In this document: positions 45,682 to 52,927 of the stretch, in pieces | How positions within the stretch are numbered: position 1 is the first letter of the stretch | Layout of the letters: each line of letters opens with the position of its first letter | Notes under the pieces: model-generated | Database searches by the model: none | Seen by the model: the letters and a program-made list of their open reading frames with translations, nothing else | Told to the model about the DNA's origin: nothing | Position numbers and translations under genes: made by a program | NCBI GenBank assembly: GCA_903851445.1 | Contig: CAINOH010000012.1 | Span: 8,353-72,352 of the forward strand | Direction: 5' to 3' | DNA: 64,000 nt | Source of the DNA: an uncultured Candidatus Micrarchaeota archaeon | Lineage (GTDB): Archaea; Micrarchaeota; Micrarchaeia; Norongarragalinales; CAINOH01

Positions 45682-46575
45682 GTGGACAAGGCAATCCAAC
45701 CACCCAAGCCCAGCGGCCGCGAACCCGCCTTTTCGGAGCTTCCGCTAATCAAGTCAGGCGAGCGAAACACCAAGAACCTAGTTATCATGGTCCTGGCGGG
45801 AGAGTGGCCGCTTTCAGTGCAGGACATCTACGACACCATACACGAAAACTACGACCCCAAAGTCACCTATCAGGGAGTACGAAAAGCAGTCCTCCAGCTT
45901 ATCGGGCAAGGAATACTTGAAAAGAATGCCAAAGGCCAGTTCAAGATTAGCCACAAGTGGGCTGAGAGCATAAACCGTTTTTCTGAAGAAATCCGCGTGA
46001 CCACAACTGCAGAAGGCGGATCGGAAATCACCAGCATGCCGCAATACTACAGCAGATCCTACGAATTTGAAGGAAAACCGGCAGAGGCGTACTATTGGGC
46101 GGCAATGCAACTAGTCAAGGCCTGGGAAGCAGACAAGTCAAGAAGAAAGCTAGTGACCTGCATACAACCCCACGCAATCCCACTGACAATTATAAAAAAC
46201 CAGGAATACTGCGCGCTAAAAAAAATCTCCAGTGACGGGGACCATTACATAGCCTGTCCCTCAAACACCGCCCTGGACAAGCTCTTTGTTGGCGTATTCA
46301 CCCAGATAGGCGCAAAAACCAAGACCGGCTGCAAAATATCCAAAAAGTGCGACTTGGCGGTAATCAACGACTACATAATAGAAATCTACTTCCCAAACGC
46401 GATCCGAAAGAAGATAGATGACGCGTTCAAAAAGAACAAAAAAATCGACGACAAAGCCATAGCCGCAATACACGACAGTCTCATAGGCTCGGATGCAAAA
46501 AGCAGAGTGGTAATAACAAGAAATAGGGAAATAGCGGAAAAGATAAGAAAAAAAATACTAGCAGAAGTACATTAA
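45682..46575 (+). CDS. winged-helix protein with an uncharacterised C-terminal domain (paralog B)
   Basis: PLIKSGERNTKNLVIMVLAGEWPLSVQDIYDTI...VTYQGVRKAVLQLIGQGIL. GTG start. Confidence 0.6.
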   Translation: MDKAIQPPKPSGREPAFSELPLIKSGERNTKNLVIMVLAGEWPLSVQDIYDTIHENYDPKVTYQGVRKAVLQLIGQGILEKNAKGQFKISHKWAESINRFSEEIRVTTTAEGGSEITSMPQYYSRSYEFEGKPAEAYYWAAMQLVKAWEADKSRRKLVTCIQPHAIPLTIIKNQEYCALKKISSDGDHYIACPSNTALDKLFVGVFTQIGAKTKTGCKISKKCDLAVINDYIIEIYFPNAIRKKIDDAFKKNKKIDDKAIAAIHDSLIGSDAKSRVVITRNREIAEKIRKKILAEVH

Positions 46576-46606
46576 AGCATCTATTTTGTTACTATTAGGT
46601 AATTTG

Positions 46607-46873
46607 ATGACACGGCAAATTCAGACAAAGACTCGGCATAACCCTGCGCTCAAAACAATGTTGACAATAGCTAATTACATCTATGAATCCGTAACGCCAA
46701 TAAGCCGAGACCAACTCCTCAAAAAAATGAAAAAACGTGTGACACGTCAGACATTGAACACAATGCTTAAGCACCTTGAAAAGTGGTGCATTGTTTGCGA
46801 GACAAAATATGGTTTTGTTTGGACGTTCAACTCAACCAAGAAAGGTTCAACAACTAGAAAAAGACGAAAATAG
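46607..46873 (+). CDS. small putative winged-helix protein
   Basis: MTRQIQTK...ISRDQLLKKMKKRVTRQTLNTMLKHLEKWCIV. AT-rich, convergent with the LuxC-like gene. Confidence 0.4.
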   Translation: MTRQIQTKTRHNPALKTMLTIANYIYESVTPISRDQLLKKMKKRVTRQTLNTMLKHLEKWCIVCETKYGFVWTFNSTKKGSTTRKRRK

Positions 46874-46909
46874 AGTTACGAGACTAACTACACAGTTGAA
46901 CAAAAAACA

Positions 46910-48310
46910 CTACCTGCTTTTTACCCACCGCACAAGTCGAGATAGAGGATATATGCCTTCGTGCGGAGCGCCTGTTGCAAAATAGCCCATTCTACCTATG
47001 ATGGTTACCCGGTCAGCACCACGTTTTGTTATGTCATCCCGTAATTCTACGATTCTTTTTTCAGGAAAAACCGCAACGGTTTGCACACTTTTGTCTATGT
47101 GATGAATTGCGTCCTTCAGGTCGGGTATTTCGAATACATATAACACCCTACCTAGGGGATGCCGTTGCGTTCGTTGCACTTTATCGGATAATATTATCGT
47201 CCACTCAGTTTTTTCTGACTCGTAGACTTTCTCGCCATAGAACTTTGCCAGTATTCTTTCGTGGCTTATTGCGGCATGCCTATCCCCGCGGGAAAATCCT
47301 TTTGGAAGCCTTTTGGATTCTTCAACCAAGCTTACTGAAAGCGAGTCGCAGAATTTTTCCGCATTACCCTTTCCTTCCACGAACGCCAATTGCGGGCTGT
47401 GGCACGCCTCTTGGTCGAACAAAACCAGGTCGTGGGCGGCCTTGTCCGTGACTGACGAAAGCACGTTCTTGCTCTCAAATGCCTCCCGGCCGATGAACTG
47501 CATGCTTCTCCTCGGGCCGAATTCCAATAGTTCGGTTCCGGGTTTGGTCTTTGCCTTTGTTGACTCGATAACTTCCTTTCCACCCCAAACGCAGATTGCA
47601 TTGGCTTCGTGAATTAACTTTTCTTCAACCAAGGACCCGTGTGGCCAATAAACAACAGAAGTGGTCTTGGTTATTGGATGATCCTGATCTACATCCAGAA
47701 AAGAGGACGCCAAGTAAACCGATGTGACTAAGTCTCCGCTGGCCATTTTTATTATGTTGCTGTTTTTCGTCAAGCTGCCGCGGAGCATGCTGATTGCACT
47801 GATTGGCGGAGCATTTCCTGCAAGGACGTGCAGAACTTTCCCGCGTGGTTGGGCGTGGACGTAGATTGAATCAACTTTTAGCCAGTCGTCAAGAAAAGCT
47901 TCGTCTTGGATTTCTGATTTTATTGTCTGGGATATGAACTGCTTGGAAAAGATTCCAGCTATATGGTCGTAGGCGTGCTCTATCATTTCCGAGCTGTAGC
48001 CCGAATTTCTTTCAGCCAACAGCACAGCGTCCTTTCTTAGGTCGTAGTTTCGGCTGCCCCAAAGCTTGCCCACCTTTACGTAGAAGTCGATGATTTCTTT
48101 TATTGAAAGCTCGTGCACGTCCGGGGTGACCGATATTTTCTTGATGTCTTCGTCAGAAATTTCAGGTAGATGGAAAGAAACTTCCCCGTCCTTGGTGTGG
48201 GACTTTGTAGTTATATCCTGGCCGAACCTTTTTTCGGAATTTATGATTAGGGGCAGTCTGAAGGTAGTCTGATGACTGCCGCTGAGTTCTACAGGATTGA
48301 CTTTTGCCAT
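46910..48310 (-). CDS. LuxC-family acyl-CoA/acyl-protein reductase (aldehyde-forming, ALDH-like)
   Basis: 466 aa. The overall pattern LHVLAGNAPPISAISMLRGSLTKNSNIIKMASGD...VWGG...FDQEACHSPQ (candidate catalytic Cys) matches LuxC-type reductases. Confidence 0.75.
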   Translation of the reverse strand: MAKVNPVELSGSHQTTFRLPLIINSEKRFGQDITTKSHTKDGEVSFHLPEISDEDIKKISVTPDVHELSIKEIIDFYVKVGKLWGSRNYDLRKDAVLLAERNSGYSSEMIEHAYDHIAGIFSKQFISQTIKSEIQDEAFLDDWLKVDSIYVHAQPRGKVLHVLAGNAPPISAISMLRGSLTKNSNIIKMASGDLVTSVYLASSFLDVDQDHPITKTTSVVYWPHGSLVEEKLIHEANAICVWGGKEVIESTKAKTKPGTELLEFGPRRSMQFIGREAFESKNVLSSVTDKAAHDLVLFDQEACHSPQLAFVEGKGNAEKFCDSLSVSLVEESKRLPKGFSRGDRHAAISHERILAKFYGEKVYESEKTEWTIILSDKVQRTQRHPLGRVLYVFEIPDLKDAIHHIDKSVQTVAVFPEKRIVELRDDITKRGADRVTIIGRMGYFATGAPHEGIYPLSRLVRWVKSR

Positions 48311-48330
48311 TCAATCACTAGAATACATAA

Positions 48331-49440
48331 TCATTTTTGGATCTTACTCATGAACTCTTCGAGCCTTATGGCGCAGCCTCTTGCCCCGGCACCTTGGGCT
48401 CTGCCCATGTGCTGGATTATCTGACCGGTCCTGCCGCATTCGCAGGTGCCTTCTGTTACTTTCCCCATGTCGCCAGTCATGCAGAATGCTGGATAGGATT
48501 GGATTATTGAGCTCATGTACACAAGAAGACCCGTTTCGCCTTCGGCTACGTCCTCACTTGTTTTTTCAGGGTTTCTTACCGAAATGTAGAACCACGGTGG
48601 CACGTGCTTCTTGTGATACTCACATTCTGGAAGCATGGTAAATATGTCAGTCAGCCCCAAGTTGTCCCTAATCTGCGAGCCGTCAACTCCAAATACCTTT
48701 GACACGCGTTCGATAAAGTTTTCACGCGGAACTTCGCCTTGGACGCGTTTCCAACCGCCAGTAGTCATCAACCTTGACTCTGGATCCAGCTTGATTTGCT
48801 TGTTGTTTGCTTCCAAGTATTCCACTATGCGCATGAATACGAATGGCGGGCCGTAAATGTGTCGGGGCCGCGTCTTGCAATTGGATATTTTCTGTATTAC
48901 CTGCTCTACATCAAACTCGCCACCGGCTACTAGATAGTCAACGTTTTCAGGCGGAAGACCAATGGTTCTCAATGTCGCCTGCATGCCCTTGACAAGGCCG
49001 GTGTCCGAGTCTTTTGGGGTCAAGAAAAACACGAACCCATCCTTTAGCCCCAGTATTTCGGTAAACGAACGCCTGTTTGCGAAATTTGTACGATCCATGC
49101 TAATCTTGTCCATGCTGAACCATACTGGCTTGGGGGAGGTGGTGCTGGAAGTGGTGCTTTTGAAAACTATGTTCGCTGCTGGCACGCTGATTATGGGCGC
49201 GTCCATATCCCTAAACGCATCTGATGGTACGGGCTGAATCTTGTTTAAATCGGAATAACTCCGAATATCGTCCGGGGCGACATGGTAGAGATCGCAATAA
49301 CGAGTATACAAGGGGCAGTGCTTATAATGGAACTCGAATATTTGCTTGAAGACCTTGAAACGCCATTCCTTTACTTGCTCCAAAGGCATGCTAAATGGAG
49401 CTTTGTTTCGCAATAGCTTGTCACATTCCCAGTCTACCAT
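48331..49440 (-). CDS. LuxE-family acyl-protein synthetase (ANL-type adenylating enzyme)
   Basis: FKSTTSSTTSPKP (P-loop-like T/S-rich motif), TTGGWKR and a C-terminal CECGRTG. The ATG at 49440 lies 2 nt after the FIST gene stop. The track start at 49446 is a TTG. Confidence 0.75.
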   Translation of the reverse strand: MVDWECDKLLRNKAPFSMPLEQVKEWRFKVFKQIFEFHYKHCPLYTRYCDLYHVAPDDIRSYSDLNKIQPVPSDAFRDMDAPIISVPAANIVFKSTTSSTTSPKPVWFSMDKISMDRTNFANRRSFTEILGLKDGFVFFLTPKDSDTGLVKGMQATLRTIGLPPENVDYLVAGGEFDVEQVIQKISNCKTRPRHIYGPPFVFMRIVEYLEANNKQIKLDPESRLMTTGGWKRVQGEVPRENFIERVSKVFGVDGSQIRDNLGLTDIFTMLPECEYHKKHVPPWFYISVRNPEKTSEDVAEGETGLLVYMSSIIQSYPAFCMTGDMGKVTEGTCECGRTGQIIQHMGRAQGAGARGCAIRLEEFMSKIQK

Positions 49441-49442
49441 AT

Positions 49443-50729
49443 TCAATCACTTCCGAAAACAGCATATCCTATGGATTCATTCAGATAGCCCAGGCCAAGT
49501 TCGGGAGTATAAACCGCTTCCCCGCCGCAATAGCCCAATAAGAATGGAGTACTGTGTAAGTGCTTTAAAATTACGTCCCTTTCTAGGTATATTTCTCGTC
49601 CCAGCGCCATAAATCTTATTGCACACGAAGTGAATAAGCCGAAAATGGGCGCACCTATCTTCGACGCGGCAAGTGCGTCATCAACGGAACTGACCATGCT
49701 GCCGCCATTGATTCGGGCTATGAACGCCTTGCCTTTTTCAACTTTGGTCATCAACAGAATGGAATCCCCTAAAATCATAACAAACGGCCGGATGAAAAAC
49801 TTGCCATTGACATGCAACCCTAATGGAAAGAATGGAAACCGTTTGGTGAATAATTTTTCGTCAAAGAACCCTTCTTGCCAGTTGATGAGCCGTAGAAGCT
49901 CTTCTGCAGCGGGCTTATTGTTAATCTCGTGAATGATACGGCCATCATCACTAACTTTTGTTATTTCAAAAGAAATGCTAGGCTCCGCGCCGTGAGCGAA
50001 ATTAATAGCGGTATTAAGGTCTGACTTGACACCTAGGCAAACCACTGCGTTTGTTAGCACGGTATTATTGTAGAACTGGTAGTTTCGCAGCATTTTTACA
50101 TCATCTATTGCAGAACCGTGCAATAGCTTGCAGTTTGGAATCTCAGCTACAAGCGCGGCCAGCAAGTCATCTTCCCTGCCGGAACCCTTCTGTAGGACGT
50201 ACTGGGAAGTGGAAAAACTGGACATGATTGTCTTTGCCAGTAACTCGGAACGTACAACGGACGTTCGGCCAACAGGCGGAACGTCAAGTATTTCCGTGCC
50301 TGCTGAAAATGTAAAGATGAACTGGTTCTGAAATTTGCTGCTGCTTAAATCTGATTTGATTTTCTTGGCACATTCTTTGGCTGCTGCAGTTGGATCCCGT
50401 TTTATATTGTTTCCAACACAGACGGAAACATCCATGTTAGGGTAAGAGACAGCCATTCCAGCTGCACCGTGTGAATAGCACCCTTGTGGAATCATCAAAC
50501 CGGTAACCGTGCCGCCTATCAATGGGACGTCTTTGGGCAGAAATTCATATATCCCGTCCAATAGCTCCTTGAATCCACCGTTTTCTGCATAGTGTATCGT
50601 GGAGTAGACTATGAAAAATTTTGGTTTGCCAGCCATTTCGGCTAACGCGCGGGACGCTAATTCACGGCCTGCTTCCCGGGCAACCCATTTTTCGCTAAAC
50701 CCTACATTCACAAGAGAATCGTTAGTCAT
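49443..50729 (-). CDS. FIST N- and C-domain sensor protein
   Basis: 428 aa. PKFFIVYSTIHY...PLIGGTVTG...HGAAGMAV... and the C-terminal half (PFFPLG...GEAVYTP) fit the FIST/FIST_C architecture. Confidence 0.75.
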   Translation of the reverse strand: MTNDSLVNVGFSEKWVAREAGRELASRALAEMAGKPKFFIVYSTIHYAENGGFKELLDGIYEFLPKDVPLIGGTVTGLMIPQGCYSHGAAGMAVSYPNMDVSVCVGNNIKRDPTAAAKECAKKIKSDLSSSKFQNQFIFTFSAGTEILDVPPVGRTSVVRSELLAKTIMSSFSTSQYVLQKGSGREDDLLAALVAEIPNCKLLHGSAIDDVKMLRNYQFYNNTVLTNAVVCLGVKSDLNTAINFAHGAEPSISFEITKVSDDGRIIHEINNKPAAEELLRLINWQEGFFDEKLFTKRFPFFPLGLHVNGKFFIRPFVMILGDSILLMTKVEKGKAFIARINGGSMVSSVDDALAASKIGAPIFGLFTSCAIRFMALGREIYLERDVILKHLHSTPFLLGYCGGEAVYTPELGLGYLNESIGYAVFGSD

Positions 50730-50740
50730 TTCGAATCAAC

Positions 50741-51112
50741 TTATTCTTTGACTATTTCAATTAGTTTTCTTCTGGCATTTTCCAAAGTGACCTCGACCAA
50801 ACCTCGGTTGGCTTGCGAAGGCGAAATGGCTATTAGCGCGATTTCCGAACCGGGCAGCACATATAGATGCACCTCGAAATCCTGAAGGCGAAAAGACATT
50901 TCCTCCAGGCCATAATCAGTGTATTGCTTGATGATTTGAAATTCGTTATCTATGGTGTTTTGTAGTGTTTCAATGATGCCCAAGACTTTTGGGTTGAATT
51001 TTTTCTTGTCCGGCACTACTCCTTCCATCCCTTGTTTTGCCACCATGCAGGCATAAACATCCTCGAACTTCAGGAGGTCATCCAATACTGCTTGAATTTT
51101 TTCTATGTCCAT
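50741..51112 (-). CDS. Roadblock/LC7 (MglB-like) domain protein
   Basis: 123 aa with an alpha-beta-beta-alpha-beta pattern: DVYACMVAKQGMEGV...EVHLYVLPGSEIALIAIS is typical of Robl/LC7. Confidence 0.7.
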   Translation of the reverse strand: MDIEKIQAVLDDLLKFEDVYACMVAKQGMEGVVPDKKKFNPKVLGIIETLQNTIDNEFQIIKQYTDYGLEEMSFRLQDFEVHLYVLPGSEIALIAISPSQANRGLVEVTLENARRKLIEIVKE

Positions 51113-51114
51113 AT

Positions 51115-51963
51115 TTAATCAGTCTTTTGCATTAACTCGATTCCACTAGCGCCTATCTGGACGTTTAATTTATTCAGAGGGTGTTTCGTTTGGCGCATCT
51201 TCTCTACTCGCAAGGTTCTAGTGCCTAACATGTCGTTGATTCCAAACTTTATCAGTCCGTCTACGGCATATTCCGAAACCTCATCCAATGACTTTAAATC
51301 CCCGTTTGAATACGTTGCAATCAGGTTTGTTGTGTCGAGGTTTTTCATTTGACGTAGCAACAAGTAGGTTAAACGCTGGTGGGAAACTTGGCTACTCCAA
51401 TTTTTTGTTGAAAGGGACAGCTGGTTATCGTCCGTTCCTTCCGAGACTGGCGTTCGCTCATACTTATACTTTACGTCTTGTTTACGTTTTAGTATCTCTT
51501 CGTCAATATTTGGATCGGATAACGCTAGTCCGCCAAAAAAGGTCACGGGAATTGAAAACATATCAATGTTTGAATTGAACGCCTGTAGACTATCAAAAAC
51601 TAGGCGGGATGCATTTACGTCCTTAATGGCATCGCGTATTTGGTCAAAAAGATTCCACGAAACACGATCTAGGGGAACCTCAACAAATAGCACTTTTCCA
51701 TCGCCTAACTTATCAAAATCCATACCAAACTCCATTGCCTGGCTTTTCAACTCGGCAGAAGTAGACTCAAGAGAAATGTAAACCCCATTCTCTTTTTTCT
51801 TCGCACCTTCAAACAAGTATTGAAGCGCGAATATGGTCTTTCCAGTTCCTGGGCTGCCTAACAGCAAGGTGTTTGAACACTTGGGAAAACCCCCTTCGAT
51901 TAACTTGTCAAGACCAGGAATTCCAGAAGAAACTCTTGCTATCACCATATCCGTAATCACCAT
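51115..51963 (-). CDS. KaiC-like RecA-superfamily ATPase (single domain, with an internal insertion)
   Basis: SGIPGLDKLIEGGFPK, Walker A GSPGTGKT and Walker B RLVFDS. Start at 51963 or 51948. Confidence 0.8.
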   Translation of the reverse strand: MVITDMVIARVSSGIPGLDKLIEGGFPKCSNTLLLGSPGTGKTIFALQYLFEGAKKKENGVYISLESTSAELKSQAMEFGMDFDKLGDGKVLFVEVPLDRVSWNLFDQIRDAIKDVNASRLVFDSLQAFNSNIDMFSIPVTFFGGLALSDPNIDEEILKRKQDVKYKYERTPVSEGTDDNQLSLSTKNWSSQVSHQRLTYLLLRQMKNLDTTNLIATYSNGDLKSLDEVSEYAVDGLIKFGINDMLGTRTLRVEKMRQTKHPLNKLNVQIGASGIELMQKTD

Positions 51964-52054
51964 TTTACAAGAGAATAACATACAACCATTTAAATTACCG
52001 TACAACACAATTCCCTGAAATCAATGAACTTTACGACTGCCCGAAAAAATGACG

Positions 52055-52807
52055 TTACCAAGGCAAGGTAACACCATTATCAGATAACTCATACGCCTTT
52101 ACTCCGCCATTAATTTTGGTGTACCGCATCTTCCTAATCTCTATGGTACGGCTGAGAATATCGTCAACTGAACGCGATTTAAGAGAAATGATGCCATCGA
52201 CAAAAAATTCGCTGGCACTTTCAAATGTGCTATATTCATTATTTACAGGTGCTTCAGAAGTCAGCAGCGTTGTTGTGTTATAATTTCTAATCTCAGCTAA
52301 AAACATTGACAAAAGTTGTTTCATTATTGCTTTTTCAAATACTGGCTTTGGGATTACCGTGCTGAGCCCCTGACCAAAAGCGTGGCTTGCACCTTTCAAA
52401 ACTAGGTTTTTGGAATAGTCTGACAGGGTGGCAAAGTCTGACATGGTGCTCAGGGAGTCAATAACCAATAGGTTCGGCTTAAACTCGCGGATAACATCCC
52501 GTATCTTGTCAACAAATGAAGAGTCTTTTATGATGTCCACATACACAATCCGCAGCTGGTTACTCTTTATCAGGTCATCCATATTCCAGCCGTACAATTT
52601 GCCTTGTGTTATAAGGTCTTTTTCCTTCTGTTCCGTGCTGATGTAAAGCGAACGTAAACCCTTGTTGGAGTTGTTGACCAGGAACTGCATGCAAAGCGTG
52701 CTTTTGCCCGTGCCTGCAGACCCTGAAACCAGAACTAGGTTACCAACAGGGATACCACCAAATAATGAGTCGTCAAGACCAGGGATACCAAAACTGATTT
52801 TATCCAT
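52055..52807 (-). CDS. KaiC-like RecA-superfamily ATPase (single domain)
   Basis: FGIPGLDDSLFGGIPVG, Walker A GSAGTGKS and Walker B LLVIDS. Confidence 0.85.
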   Translation of the reverse strand: MDKISFGIPGLDDSLFGGIPVGNLVLVSGSAGTGKSTLCMQFLVNNSNKGLRSLYISTEQKEKDLITQGKLYGWNMDDLIKSNQLRIVYVDIIKDSSFVDKIRDVIREFKPNLLVIDSLSTMSDFATLSDYSKNLVLKGASHAFGQGLSTVIPKPVFEKAIMKQLLSMFLAEIRNYNTTTLLTSEAPVNNEYSTFESASEFFVDGIISLKSRSVDDILSRTIEIRKMRYTKINGGVKAYELSDNGVTLPW

Positions 52808-52870
52808 ATATTGGGAAATACGTCTAGGAATAAAAGGTTGCTTAAGCTGAAGCAGAAAGTAAACTCAAAA

Positions 52871-52920
52871 CTAGTAGAAAAAATAAAAAAGAAAGAAAAA
52901 GGTGGGGGGTTTACCCCCTA
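52871..52920 (-). terminator. strong hairpin plus long T-tract after the S-layer gene
   Basis: Minus strand reads GGGGG-TAAA-CCCCC-CACC-TTTTTCTTTCTTTTTTTATTTTTT, starting 8 nt after the stop. Confidence 0.65.
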
Positions 52921-52927
52921 ACGGAAC

